Positions 32,880 through 42,915 of a DNA stretch of 64,000 nt are shown here, piece after piece; within the stretch, counting starts at the first letter, position 1; each line of letters begins with the position of its first letter. The position numbers and the translations under genes were made by a program. Source of the DNA: Phycisphaerae bacterium (GTDB taxonomy: Bacteria > Planctomycetota > Phycisphaerae > Sedimentisphaerales > UBA12454); assembly GCA_041478555.1 (NCBI GenBank), contig JBGOWI010000009.1, forward strand, positions 3,875-67,874. The letters are read 5' to 3'. The notes beneath the pieces were generated by a model. The model was not told where the DNA came from, made no database searches, and was given only the letters and a program-made list of their open reading frames with translations.

Positions 32880-34355
32880 ATGAGTAAAAATATTCTAAAA
32901 CTTACATGCAGAGGCCTGCGGGATTCAATTGCTAAAGGCGAAGTAAAAAGCAGCGATGCCGTCTCGGCAGTATTCGAACAGATAGAAAAACACGATGCCA
33001 AAATCGGGGCGTTTCTAAGTACTTTCAAACAGGATGCCCTGAAAAAAGCAAATGAAGTTGACGAAAAGATCGGTAAAGGTAAACCTGTTGGCGCGCTTGC
33101 TGGTGTGCCGATAACCGTTAAAGACAATATGTGCACAACTTTCGGCACAACCACCTGCGCATCAAAAATACTTCAAAATTTCCGCTCGCCGTATAATGCA
33201 ACGGTAATTGAAAAATTACTCGCTGCTGATGCTGTCATAATCGGCAAGACAAATCTCGATGAATTTGCGATGGGTTCGAGCACTGAAAATTCCGGCCTTA
33301 AAAAAACGGTCAATCCATGGGATTATTCGCGTGTTCCCGGCGGAAGCAGCGGCGGCTCGGCAGCGGCCGTGGCGGCGCAGATGTGCTTTGCGGCGCTGGG
33401 TTCAGATACCGGCGGTTCTATCAGACAGCCGGCAAGCTTTTGCGGAATTGCAGGTCTTAAACCCACATACGGCAGAGTCTCGCGATACGGACTTGTTGCC
33501 TACGGCTCAAGTCTCGACCAGATTGGGCCGCTGGCGAGAAATACTGTTGACTGCGCTCTATTGCTGAATGTTATCGCAGGGCACGATGAGAAAGACAGTA
33601 CCAGCGTCGATGAAAAAACCGCACCGCTTTGTGACTGGCTTGAAAAAATCGAACAGCCTGTGGCTGAATTAAAAATTGCTGTTGTGCCTCAGTTATTCAA
33701 AGGCGCCGACGGCGAGGTTGTCAATGCTATTAAAGGCGCAATCGAAGTTTATAAAAAACTCGGTGCTGAAATTGTCGAAATAAATATGCCGCACTTTGAA
33801 TATGCTATAGCTGCGTATTATTTAATCGCTACAGCTGAAGCATCGAGCAATCTTGCCCGCTACGACGGTGTGCATTATGGATACAGGACTGCAAAACCGG
33901 CGGACTATATCGAGGTTTATACGAAGTCACGCAACGAGGCGCTCGGGCAGGAAGTCAAAAGACGGATTATGCTCGGAACATACGCGCTTTCAAGCGGATA
34001 TTATGATGCATATTACCTCAAGGCACTGAAGGTGCGGAGTCTTATCCGAAGCGATTTTACCGCTGCGTTTGAAAAGGCCGACTGTATCATAATGCCGACA
34101 AGTCCGACAACAGCTTTTAAGATCGGCGAAAAAACAAACGACCCGTTGCAGATGTATCTGTCGGATGTTTATACCATTGCGGTTAACCTGGCAGGTGTGC
34201 CGGCCATCAGTATTCCCTGCGGATTTGATAAAAATAGTCTGCCGATAGGAATGCAGATAATTGCTCCGGCCTTTGCAGAGGGGAAACTTCTGCAAGTAGC
34301 CGGTATGTTTGAAAACGAGACAGACTTTCATACAAAAAGTCCTGTTATTAAATAA
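32880..34355 (+). CDS. gatA: Glutamyl-tRNA(Gln) amidotransferase subunit A
   Basis: Amidase signature GGSSGGSAAAVAA...GSDTGGSIRQPA. Confidence 0.95.
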   Translation: MSKNILKLTCRGLRDSIAKGEVKSSDAVSAVFEQIEKHDAKIGAFLSTFKQDALKKANEVDEKIGKGKPVGALAGVPITVKDNMCTTFGTTTCASKILQNFRSPYNATVIEKLLAADAVIIGKTNLDEFAMGSSTENSGLKKTVNPWDYSRVPGGSSGGSAAAVAAQMCFAALGSDTGGSIRQPASFCGIAGLKPTYGRVSRYGLVAYGSSLDQIGPLARNTVDCALLLNVIAGHDEKDSTSVDEKTAPLCDWLEKIEQPVAELKIAVVPQLFKGADGEVVNAIKGAIEVYKKLGAEIVEINMPHFEYAIAAYYLIATAEASSNLARYDGVHYGYRTAKPADYIEVYTKSRNEALGQEVKRRIMLGTYALSSGYYDAYYLKALKVRSLIRSDFTAAFEKADCIIMPTSPTTAFKIGEKTNDPLQMYLSDVYTIAVNLAGVPAISIPCGFDKNSLPIGMQIIAPAFAEGKLLQVAGMFENETDFHTKSPVIK

Positions 34356-34357
34356 TT

Positions 34358-35824
34358 ATGACTGATATAGATTATAAAATTGTTGTTGGTCTCGAAATTC
34401 ATGTGCAGTTGTGCACAAGGACAAAGATGTTTTGTGGCTGCGAGCTTATCTTTGCAGCAGAACCAAACAGCAGGGTTTGTCCGGTCTGTTTGGGTCTGCC
34501 GGGGGCGCTGCCGGTGATGAACAAGCAGGCGGTCGAATTTGCGATTCTTACCGCTGCCGCTCTTAGCTGCAAAATCGCGGGGCTTACCAAATGGGACAGA
34601 AAGAGTTATTACTATCCGGATTTGCCGAAAAACTATCAGATTAGCCAGTATGATTTGCCAATCGGCTCAAACGGGTTTATAGAAATTCCGCTGGCAGACG
34701 AAAAAACGAAAAAAGTCAGAATCAGAAGGGTCCATCTCGAAGAAGACGCAGGAAAAAATCTTCATACCGCAGAGAATTTTTCTCAGGTTGACCTTAACAG
34801 GGCCGGTACGCCATTGCTTGAGATTGTAACCGAGCCTGATGTAAACAGCGATGAGGAGGTAAGACTGCTTGCTGTTGAGCTGCAAAGAATTGTGCGGTTC
34901 CTCGGCGTCTCCGAAGCGGATATGCAAAAAGGACATATGCGGTTTGAGCCGAATGTTAATCTCGTAATAAAGAAAGACAACGCTGAATACAAAACGCCGA
35001 TAACAGAAATTAAAAATCTCAACAGTTTCAAGGCTCTGGAAAAAAGTGTTGCATTCGAGACCCAAAGACAGCTTGATAAATTTCTCGAAAGCGGCACTTG
35101 TTTGCAAAGCGGCAACAAACAGACCTTCGGCTGGGATGATATACGAGAAGTAACCGTTCTGCAGAGGGAAAAGGAAGAGGCGCATGATTACAGATATTTT
35201 CCCGACCCGGATTTAGTGCCGGTTGTGGTAAATGAAAAATGGCTGGCTGAAATTAAAACTAAACTCTGTGGATTGCCGCTGAAGATGCAAAATCGCTTCG
35301 TCAGCGAATATGGCCTGAGCGATTATGATTCGGCTGTATTGACAGCGGACAGAACAACGGCAGAATTCTTCGACAGCTCTGTAAAGGCGGGTGGAGATGC
35401 AAAGAGACTTTGTAATCTTATCACGCAGACAGGCTTAAAAATCGCAAACGAGAAGGGCTGCAAGGTATCAGAACTTGGAATAAGCCCGCAAAAGCTCGCT
35501 GAGCTTGCCGGGATGGTTGAGGCCGGGCAGATAAGCGCTACTGCTTCGGTTACAATATTTGAGGAAATGATACAAAGCAAAAGTTCTCCCGCACAAATTG
35601 CAGAAAGTCTCAATCTCCTGCAGAAAAGCGATGCAGGCGAACTTGAAGAAATAGTCGATGAAGTAATAGCAGCAAATCCAAAGGCAGTTGAGGATATAAG
35701 AAGCGGCGATAAAAAAAGCAAAAAGGCGCATGGCTTTTTGATGGGGCAGGTAATGCAAAAGACCAAAGGCGCGGCAAATCCGCAGGTAGTTGCAAAAATT
35801 CTAAATTCGAAATTAAATAGTTAG
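34358..35824 (+). CDS. gatB: Asp-tRNA(Asn)/Glu-tRNA(Gln) amidotransferase subunit B
   Basis: VGLEIHVQL, CPVCLGLPGALPV, HLEEDAGK, and a C-terminal GatB/YqeY tail. Confidence 0.95.
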   Translation: MTDIDYKIVVGLEIHVQLCTRTKMFCGCELIFAAEPNSRVCPVCLGLPGALPVMNKQAVEFAILTAAALSCKIAGLTKWDRKSYYYPDLPKNYQISQYDLPIGSNGFIEIPLADEKTKKVRIRRVHLEEDAGKNLHTAENFSQVDLNRAGTPLLEIVTEPDVNSDEEVRLLAVELQRIVRFLGVSEADMQKGHMRFEPNVNLVIKKDNAEYKTPITEIKNLNSFKALEKSVAFETQRQLDKFLESGTCLQSGNKQTFGWDDIREVTVLQREKEEAHDYRYFPDPDLVPVVVNEKWLAEIKTKLCGLPLKMQNRFVSEYGLSDYDSAVLTADRTTAEFFDSSVKAGGDAKRLCNLITQTGLKIANEKGCKVSELGISPQKLAELAGMVEAGQISATASVTIFEEMIQSKSSPAQIAESLNLLQKSDAGELEEIVDEVIAANPKAVEDIRSGDKKSKKAHGFLMGQVMQKTKGAANPQVVAKILNSKLNS

Positions 35825-35846
35825 TAATTTTCAAGAGATTGACTGC

Positions 35847-36494
35847 ATGGCACAACAAGAACAGGTACTGGTTATCGAACGGAAAGTTCTCGAGGATGTC
35901 GGGATATTTCAGGGCCTGCAATTTGATGTAAGTAGATATATCCGAAAGTTCTTTGTCGCCGGCGTTCCGCACTTTATGCCGAGGTCGAAGGTAGAAAAAG
36001 ACCCATCCTTCAAGCAGCTTATTCCTTATGTAATTATGAGCCATAACGGCAGATACCTCACTTATATCAGGGGCACCAGGGCCGGCGAATCACGGCTTGT
36101 TGGGAACAGGTCCATCGGAATAGGCGGACATATAAATCCCACAGACGATATGCCGTTATTCAATGCCAATTTTTACGAGACTTATCTTGCCGCTGTTGAG
36201 CGCGAAGTGGCAGAGGAGGTATCCGTTGAAGCGAGCCATACTGATTGCATAGTTGCACTTCTCAATGATGAATCCAACGAAGTGGGGAGCGTGCACCTCG
36301 GAATAGTCCACTTTTGGACTCTGGCTGAACCGAAGGTTGCCAGACGTGAGCAGATGGTTACACAAATGGCTTTTATGACGCCGGCAGAATTGCAGCAGGT
36401 CCGCGACACAATGGAAACATGGTCGAATCTGTGCCTGGGCGGCCTTGACGAAATGGCAAAACGAAGAAAATCAGCCGGAGAAAATTTCGTCTGA
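35847..36494 (+). CDS. Nudix-like phosphoesterase (COG4112-type)
   Basis: GIGGHINPTDD...AVEREVAEEVSVE resembles a Nudix box (GX5EX7REUXEEXGU, imperfect). 215 aa. The 3' end overlaps the convergent anti-sigma gene by 24 nt. Confidence 0.65.
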   Translation: MAQQEQVLVIERKVLEDVGIFQGLQFDVSRYIRKFFVAGVPHFMPRSKVEKDPSFKQLIPYVIMSHNGRYLTYIRGTRAGESRLVGNRSIGIGGHINPTDDMPLFNANFYETYLAAVEREVAEEVSVEASHTDCIVALLNDESNEVGSVHLGIVHFWTLAEPKVARREQMVTQMAFMTPAELQQVRDTMETWSNLCLGGLDEMAKRRKSAGENFV

Positions 36495-36962
36495 GAGTTC
36501 CTGACCTACCTGCTTTTCATAATAATGCTCAATCGCCTTTTGGCTGTCGGCCTGAAATTTCTCCATTGAGGAAAATATCCCCGTCTTTGCAAAAAACAGA
36601 ATCGCAATACAGGCTGCCGTATTGGCAAGCGAGCCTTTAAGTGGCGATAATCTCTCAATCAGTTTCGGCTCAGGCTGGGCAATTCTGAGCTTATCGGCTT
36701 TAGCTGTACTGCGAACAGAATGAGCAAGCGTATTTATGGTCTGAATATTCGCCTGCTTTAATAAATCAAGCTGATGCGGCCTGGATTTGAGAAGCGACAT
36801 CGCCAGATACACTCTGCCGACAGAAGAAAGCCTGCGCTGACATTTAGGACAATTGACGATATGGTTCTGAACCCATGCTGCGTCAAAACTTAGGAAGCTC
36901 GCGATTATTTTATTCAGCCGGCCCCTTGTTTCCTTACAGTTTGTTGTTTCTTTATTTTTCAT
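36471..36962 (-). CDS. Anti-sigma factor (zf-HC2-like) with one TM segment
   Basis: The N-terminal C...H...C..C motif (CKETRGRL...HIVNCPKCQRRL) lies immediately downstream of an ECF sigma gene (1-nt gap). The TM segment is AACIAILFFAKTGIF. Confidence 0.7.
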   Translation of the reverse strand: MKNKETTNCKETRGRLNKIIASFLSFDAAWVQNHIVNCPKCQRRLSSVGRVYLAMSLLKSRPHQLDLLKQANIQTINTLAHSVRSTAKADKLRIAQPEPKLIERLSPLKGSLANTAACIAILFFAKTGIFSSMEKFQADSQKAIEHYYEKQVGQELSDEIFSG

Positions 36963-36963
36963 T

Positions 36964-37521
36964 TTAGTATTCTTCTTTATTCATCCATACGGCCAATAAT
37001 TGTATTGCCTTGTGTCTGTAAACTCTTGCACTGGTTTCGGTTATTCCGAGTATCTTTGCCGCCTGTGCATACGGAAATTCAGCCAAATCATGCAGGGTAA
37101 TGACATCCCGCAAATATTCCGGCAATCGAGCAATGTTGTATCGAAGCTGCTGTTGTAAATGGCTCGAATCCAAATCATTCGCTGTCGGTTCGATTCTCTG
37201 AACGGCGGCAATTTCAGGCAGATTCTTTCGTTCGATAATCCTGCGCCTTAAAATTGAGATTGCCGTGTTGCTTGCTGAACGGAAAAGATATGCCCTGGTA
37301 TTGCGTACTTTGCAGCCGTTGTCGCAATGAGCAAGATGTAAAAAGGTGTCCTGATACGCATCGCAGACGTCTTGCTCGTTGCCGAGTATCCGCCATAACA
37401 TCGTAATCAGCTCAGGGCCGTAAGACTGCATCGTACCCAGAACCCATTTCTGAGACGCAGTCAGCGACTCCGGCAGGGCAAAATCCCATAATAGTTTGCA
37501 GCTTTCCGCCTTGCTTATCAT
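36964..37521 (-). CDS. RNA polymerase ECF-type sigma factor
   Basis: Region 2 (DVCDAYQDTFLHLA...AYLFRSASNTAISILRRR) and region 4 HTH (LRDVITLHDLAEFPYAQAAKILGITETSARVYRHKAIQLL). The start is uncertain (ATG 37521 or TTG 37587). Confidence 0.8.
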   Translation of the reverse strand: MISKAESCKLLWDFALPESLTASQKWVLGTMQSYGPELITMLWRILGNEQDVCDAYQDTFLHLAHCDNGCKVRNTRAYLFRSASNTAISILRRRIIERKNLPEIAAVQRIEPTANDLDSSHLQQQLRYNIARLPEYLRDVITLHDLAEFPYAQAAKILGITETSARVYRHKAIQLLAVWMNKEEY

Positions 37522-37672
37522 CAATATTCTCAATAAAAGAGACGTGCAGGATACCTTTATGTTATCCAAAATCTTAAGAAAATTCAAAAAAATTCGATTT
37601 CCCAGCTAACATTTTGAGTAAATACGCGTCTATCCTGTAGAGAACTCTATAATTGCGGAAAATTACAAAATA

Positions 37673-38854
37673 ATGAATACCGAAAATATAAATAAAGACC
37701 CTAAAAATCCCAAAAACAAGGCTCAGGATGTTGTAGCTTTGGTTGACAACCTTCTTGAAGGAGCAATGAATGCAGGGGCTAGTGATATTCATTTTGAGCC
37801 GACGGGGGCCGAGCTTGTTGTCAAATATCGGCTTGATGGCGTTCTCGAAACGGTGGAAAAACTGCCAAAGTTTCTGTCGGAAAATATTATCGCAAGATTA
37901 AAAGTGCTGGGCGGGCTTTTGACTTATCGAAACGACATACCGCAGGAAGGCCGAATCGAAATAACCGGGCATAACAGCCAGGGTGTCCTCGATGAAAGAC
38001 TCGCCGTCTTTCCCACGATACACGGCCAGAGGGCTGTTGTAAGGATTTTTTACCAGCACAGAAATCTGACGGAACTTCAGCAGTTAGGTTTTTCAGAAGC
38101 GGTATATAAAACACTCAAAAGTGTTGCCTTTAAAAATCAGGGATTGCTTTTGCTGACCGGCCCTGCAGGCAGCGGCAAAAGCACAACGCTGGCGGCTATG
38201 TTGCGATTTATCCTCAGGAATTTCCCCGGCAAGAGCATTGTAACACTCGAAGACCCGGTGGAAATAAGGGTCGAAGGCGTTACACAGGTTCAGATTACAC
38301 CTTTCGGAGAAATGACTTTCCCCACGGCGTTGAGGTCTCTTTTGAGACAGGACCCGCAGGTATTGATGATTGGCGAAATACGCGACGCAGAAACTGCAAA
38401 GATTGCAATTGAAGCTGCGCTTACGGGACACTTCTTGATGAGTACCATGCACAGCGGTATGCCTGCAGCAGGATTCCTCAGACTGCTCGAAATGGGTATT
38501 GAACCCTATCAGGTAACATCGAGCGTTTGTGCAATTTTAAACCAGAGACTTGTGAGAAAACTCTGTGATAAATGCAAAAAGAAAAATGAAAAAACCGCGA
38601 CCTTTGAGATTGTTGGCTGTAAAGATTGTCTGAATGCCGGCTACAAAGGCAGAGTATTGATTTCGGAAATTGTCGAGCTTAACAGCGAGCTTAGAAAGGC
38701 AATCGTCCAAAAAACCGACCTCGAAAAACTCGAGACACTGCTTAAAAATCAGGGACATACAAATATGCTTGCCGACGGCAAAAGACTTATCAGAGAAGGT
38801 GTTACTACTGTCGATGAGTTGAACAGAGTTTGCGGCATGTTAGAATCTGAATGA
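37673..38854 (+). CDS. GspE/PilB-family secretion ATPase (short form)
   Basis: ASDIHFEP, Walker A GPAGSGKST, LMIGEIRD, His box GHFLMSTMH, tetracysteine CDKCKKK...GCKDCLNAGYKGR. Confidence 0.9.
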   Translation: MNTENINKDPKNPKNKAQDVVALVDNLLEGAMNAGASDIHFEPTGAELVVKYRLDGVLETVEKLPKFLSENIIARLKVLGGLLTYRNDIPQEGRIEITGHNSQGVLDERLAVFPTIHGQRAVVRIFYQHRNLTELQQLGFSEAVYKTLKSVAFKNQGLLLLTGPAGSGKSTTLAAMLRFILRNFPGKSIVTLEDPVEIRVEGVTQVQITPFGEMTFPTALRSLLRQDPQVLMIGEIRDAETAKIAIEAALTGHFLMSTMHSGMPAAGFLRLLEMGIEPYQVTSSVCAILNQRLVRKLCDKCKKKNEKTATFEIVGCKDCLNAGYKGRVLISEIVELNSELRKAIVQKTDLEKLETLLKNQGHTNMLADGKRLIREGVTTVDELNRVCGMLESE

Positions 38855-38872
38855 ATGGTTGGGAGATAAAAA

Positions 38873-40066
38873 ATGGCAATGTTTGAATATAGTGCACTTA
38901 CATCAGCAGACAGATTGATGAGAGGAACTGTCGAAGCGGCTTCACCCCAGGAAGCTGCCGAGCTGCTTAAGGAGATGAAGCTTGTTGTCAATTCACTCGA
39001 AAAGGCCAGGCCTGAAAAAATAAAAACAGCTATCGGAAGAAATGAATTTCTGCTTTTCAATCAGCAGCTTGCGTCAATCACAAAGGCTGGCATTCCTCTG
39101 GAAAGAGGCCTTCGCGAACTTGCGGCAGATATCGGCTCAAAAAAGATGCGAAAACTTGTTACCGATATTGCAGACGACCTCGAAGGCGGCCAGAGTATCG
39201 AAAAGGCATTTGAGAAAAGGCAAAAACATTTTCCGCCGCTTTACGGCAGAATCTTAAAGGCCGGCGTTGAGACCGGCAGGTTAAGCCAGATGCTTACAAA
39301 CCTTAACAGGCATATCGAAATGTCAAATCAGACCAGAAAAATCATCTTCGAGGCTACGGCCTATCCGGCTGTTGTGCTGACGATGGCTGCTGTCGTAATC
39401 AGCTTTGTGTATATAATGATTGTTCCGCAGTTTATAACTGCACTTAAGGAAATGACAGGCGGCGACCTTCCGGCTTTAACACTGCTTATCTTCAGTATGG
39501 CAAAAAACATTATACCATTCTGGGTTAGCATTGCTGCTCTGGTCAGCGGTGTAGTTATTTTAAATATTCTTCTGTCGGCAACATCTGCCGGCAGGAGGGT
39601 CAAAGAATCGTTTTTGCTGAGTATCCCGATAATCGGCAGATTGTATCACAGCAGTTTTTTAGCCAAAATGGCTGAATCAATGGCGGTAATGATTGCGACA
39701 GGCAGCGATATGCCGAACTGCCTGAGGTTAAGTGCCGAAGCAAGCGGCAGTGAAAAACTTATTTATGAAACCGCCTTTCTCGCCGAACAGATAGAAAAGG
39801 GGACTAATATTATGCAGGCAGGGCAGTTCTGCAGGATAATACCAAAACTTTTCCTCTATTCTGTTCAGTTAGGCTCACAGCGAAACGAACTGGAAGATAA
39901 TCTTCATAGCCTGTCAGAGATGTATGTCGAACAGGTAAGATGCCGCCAGGCAAGACTGCAGGCAATTCTTTTGCCTGTGATGCTGATTTTCGTAGGCGGA
40001 TTCATGGGCATAACGATACTGAGCCTTTTCCTGCCGATGATAAAGATTGTTACGTCTCTGATGTGA
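38873..40066 (+). CDS. GspF/PilC-family inner-membrane platform protein
   Basis: Two T2SSF repeats (FNQQLASITKAGIPLERGL...; FLAKMAESMAVMIATGSDMPNCL...) with three TM segments. Confidence 0.88.
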   Translation: MAMFEYSALTSADRLMRGTVEAASPQEAAELLKEMKLVVNSLEKARPEKIKTAIGRNEFLLFNQQLASITKAGIPLERGLRELAADIGSKKMRKLVTDIADDLEGGQSIEKAFEKRQKHFPPLYGRILKAGVETGRLSQMLTNLNRHIEMSNQTRKIIFEATAYPAVVLTMAAVVISFVYIMIVPQFITALKEMTGGDLPALTLLIFSMAKNIIPFWVSIAALVSGVVILNILLSATSAGRRVKESFLLSIPIIGRLYHSSFLAKMAESMAVMIATGSDMPNCLRLSAEASGSEKLIYETAFLAEQIEKGTNIMQAGQFCRIIPKLFLYSVQLGSQRNELEDNLHSLSEMYVEQVRCRQARLQAILLPVMLIFVGGFMGITILSLFLPMIKIVTSLM

Positions 40067-40076
40067 GATAAAAAAG

Positions 40077-41516
40077 ATGCTGCTGGCTATAACAATATTT
40101 GTTCTGGTTTTGTATATCTTTCTGGGATTCAAAACACCCAGGTTTGCTATCATTGCTCTGCCTGTTGTCGGGTCGATTCTGCTTATATTGGCTGTGAACA
40201 ACGAGTTGTTTGCACCGGCAATAGTGGCGTTATGTATTTTTCCTGCTACCCTCATTTCAATACTCTTCATGCGGCATGAAGCTGACGTTGTTCCCTGGCC
40301 GAAAAGATGGGCAAAAAGAATAATAATAACCTTTCTGGCCATAATTTTGCTGATTGGATTTTTCGCAATATCATCTCCTTTAGGCGGCGCCGCTATTGGA
40401 TTTCTGGGGCTTTTGTTTAGCTATTGTTTAGGAGTTGCCGTTACGCAGCGTAATACCACTGTTGCTTTTGTTATCTCAACCATCGGAGCAAGTATCAGAC
40501 AGAATCTGCCTCTGCCGATGGCCCTGCAGTCGGCTGTGGAAAATATCAAATATAAACACTCACAAATTTTACGGCAGATATCCAAATGGCTGGTTCAGGG
40601 ATATTCACTGAGCGAGTCAATTAAGAGAGGCTTTCGCAGATGTCCTGCAAGAATAACCGCCCTGATAGTCGCGGGCGAAAAAATAGGACAAGTGCCACAG
40701 GTCATCGGGAGCATTGAAAAAGACCTGCTCCAAAAAGCCGACGACAGCAAAAGAGTTAAACCGGTGTATCCTGCCGCCTATTTTATTGTGGTGTTAGTCA
40801 TTATGTCGTTAATCACAACAGGGATTATGATAGCTATAATGCCCAAATTTAGTGAAGTTATACACGAAATTGCAGGCGGTGTTCTGCCAATATCCACACA
40901 GATTCTTATGGCTATTGCTGATTATATTTGTTTCAGATATGGCTGGCTGGTAGTTTTTGGAATTGTCTTTTTAATATCTGTTATTTACATTATTGTCAGA
41001 TTCCGGCCGCGACGGCCTGAAAAGCCGCTGCTGATTTCGCGAATTGGAGATTTTATTAAATGGCATCTGCCGATTCTTCATTGGTTTGAAAATAATTATT
41101 CTACCCTGCAGCTTGTTGAGGTATTAAGAATATCTCTCAATGCTGGCTGTACCGTCAACAATGCTGTCGCCAATGCAATCAATCTTGATGTCAATTACTA
41201 CTTTAGAAAAAGACTTGAAAAATGGCTCAGGCAAATTGAAGCAGGCGATAACATTGCCGACGCCGCAAGACAATGCGGACTGGCAAATTCGCTTTCCTGG
41301 GCTTTCCAGCAGCAGGAAAATCCGGAAAATACTCTGCCTGTGCTGGAAATGCTCGAATCAGTCTATCGTTCGAATTACAGCTACAGGGTCAATCTTGCAA
41401 GATTTATAATACTGCCCTCGACAACAATCTGTCTGGGGGCAATGGTTGGTTTTGTTGCTTACTCAATTTTTTCTGCTGTAGTGGCGATTATTGTTCAATA
41501 TGCGGACATCGTATGA
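40077..41516 (+). CDS. Second GspF-like platform protein with an extra N-terminal membrane domain
   Basis: About 130 aa of additional N-terminal helices precede two T2SSF-like repeats (ISTIGASIRQNLPLPMALQSAV...; LVEVLRISLNAGCTVNNAV...). Confidence 0.75.
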   Translation: MLLAITIFVLVLYIFLGFKTPRFAIIALPVVGSILLILAVNNELFAPAIVALCIFPATLISILFMRHEADVVPWPKRWAKRIIITFLAIILLIGFFAISSPLGGAAIGFLGLLFSYCLGVAVTQRNTTVAFVISTIGASIRQNLPLPMALQSAVENIKYKHSQILRQISKWLVQGYSLSESIKRGFRRCPARITALIVAGEKIGQVPQVIGSIEKDLLQKADDSKRVKPVYPAAYFIVVLVIMSLITTGIMIAIMPKFSEVIHEIAGGVLPISTQILMAIADYICFRYGWLVVFGIVFLISVIYIIVRFRPRRPEKPLLISRIGDFIKWHLPILHWFENNYSTLQLVEVLRISLNAGCTVNNAVANAINLDVNYYFRKRLEKWLRQIEAGDNIADAARQCGLANSLSWAFQQQENPENTLPVLEMLESVYRSNYSYRVNLARFIILPSTTICLGAMVGFVAYSIFSAVVAIIVQYADIV

Positions 41517-41896
41517 GCAAAGGTATCAGACATAACGGTTATCTGCTGACGGAGTTAATGGTTGCCATGGCCATTCTGGTGGTTATTCTGGCCTGTATGG
41601 CAATGGCTTTGAAGACCTTCAAAAAAATCAATGATTGTCAATTAACCAGACAGCAGTGCATTGCCGCGGCGCAAGCCCAGCTTGATTGTATTGCTGTTAC
41701 AGGTGAGCCGATTAGCGAAAAAGATTTTAAAAGATTATGGCCCAAGATTAACTTTCAAATTGAACAATCCAATGGGGCCGGGCAGTGGCAGGGCATGAAA
41801 CTTGTTAAAGTAAATGCAACAGCAAAAGCTGATAACAAAGATGTTTCGGTCGAACTGGCCAGATTTCTTGCACCAGAAAGAGAAAACCGGCAATGA
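41513..41896 (+). CDS. Pseudopilin (prepilin-type N-terminal cleavage/methylation motif)
   Basis: MSKGIRHNG|YLLTELMVAMAILVVIL, with G at -1 and E at +5. ATGA start/stop overlap with the preceding gene. The ORF-track start 41273 is inside the preceding gene. Confidence 0.8.
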   Translation: MSKGIRHNGYLLTELMVAMAILVVILACMAMALKTFKKINDCQLTRQQCIAAAQAQLDCIAVTGEPISEKDFKRLWPKINFQIEQSNGAGQWQGMKLVKVNATAKADNKDVSVELARFLAPERENRQ

Positions 41897-42408
41897 AAAA
41901 GGGTTTTTCAATAGTAGAAGTTATCACAGTTCTGGCGGTTATTGCAGTTATATCCATACCCCTTGCAAGACTGTCGAAATTTATGATGTATGATATTCCA
42001 AAATCAGACAAAATCATCGAAACCAATACCAGTATCCTCGATGCACTGAAATATATAAAAAAAGACATCAACTCGGCAATAGGGTTCCCCAAATCGTTTC
42101 GTATATATTCAACAAGCGAAAAATGTCTTCTCATTGAGCAAAAAAATAATTTAGTCTGTTATCTTTTGCAGGATGGAAGAATATCAAGATTGATAATATC
42201 CGGCAACGGTTCTGGAGATACGGGGGGAAACATATCATGGCAGATTCCGGACGGAAAAATCGAATGGCAGGTATGGCGAAAGAACGGCATCGGCTACGCA
42301 GTGGAAATAAAAAAGTATGTAGAACTGAAAAGCTACAACCGTGTGGATAAGAAAATGCCCAATTCCCATGTGTATTTTGCAGGTGCTTATCAGGAGGCAG
42401 TAAATTGA
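41893..42408 (+). CDS. Pseudopilin (prepilin-type N-terminal domain)
   Basis: MKKG|FSIVEVITVLAVIAVISIPLA, with E at +5. 4-nt overlap with the upstream gene. Confidence 0.8.
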   Translation: MKKGFSIVEVITVLAVIAVISIPLARLSKFMMYDIPKSDKIIETNTSILDALKYIKKDINSAIGFPKSFRIYSTSEKCLLIEQKNNLVCYLLQDGRISRLIISGNGSGDTGGNISWQIPDGKIEWQVWRKNGIGYAVEIKKYVELKSYNRVDKKMPNSHVYFAGAYQEAVN

Positions 42409-42782
42409 AAAAGGGTTTTGTCTTATTGATTGTTATTATGATAATCGGCCTGATGGGAGCGGAATTGTTTGTCCTGACCGGCAGCTCGAATAAAATTATA
42501 TTTCAAACCAACCGGGTTTTTCTCGAGGCGGTCCAGCAAAATCTGATTTCGAGCGCCTTGATTTGGGCAAAATATAATACTGAAAAGGGAAATATAAAAA
42601 AGATGGGGGAGGAAATTCAACTTGATATCGCTGGCATAGATGCACGAAACACACGATTAAGCGTTACGATAGAAAGCAGCCGGAATAAACAAGCCCAGGT
42701 TGTTATAAGTACATCCTGCAGCCGCGGCAGAGAAAGCCTTAAACACAACAAAAAATACCAGATTGCTTTGGGGTACCGGTGA
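42405..42782 (+). CDS. Minor pseudopilin-like protein lacking Glu+5 (GspK-like feature)
   Basis: MKKG|FVLLIVIMIIGLMGAELFVL. 4-nt overlap with the upstream gene. Confidence 0.65.
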   Translation: MKKGFVLLIVIMIIGLMGAELFVLTGSSNKIIFQTNRVFLEAVQQNLISSALIWAKYNTEKGNIKKMGEEIQLDIAGIDARNTRLSVTIESSRNKQAQVVISTSCSRGRESLKHNKKYQIALGYR

Positions 42783-42835
42783 TTTAATATAACCTGCTTA
42801 AAGGCAGGCACTTATAGGCATTTTAATTTTTAACC

Positions 42836-42863
42836 TTGCAAAGTCCCATCAAATCCTTATACT
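42836..42863 (+). promoter_or_regulatory. Sigma70-like promoter candidate for rpmB
   Basis: TTGCAA (42836-42841), 16 nt spacer, TATACT (42858-42863). Confidence 0.4.
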
Positions 42864-42915
42864 TGTGAGATTCTAAAGGTTTTAACAAAGCTTAACTAAA
42901 ACGGAGCGCTAAATT

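Noticed and set aside
41273-41512. Upstream extension of the first pseudopilin ORF
   Set aside because: It lies inside the second GspF-like gene in another frame. The prepilin leader begins at ATG 41513, with an ATGA overlap to the upstream stop.
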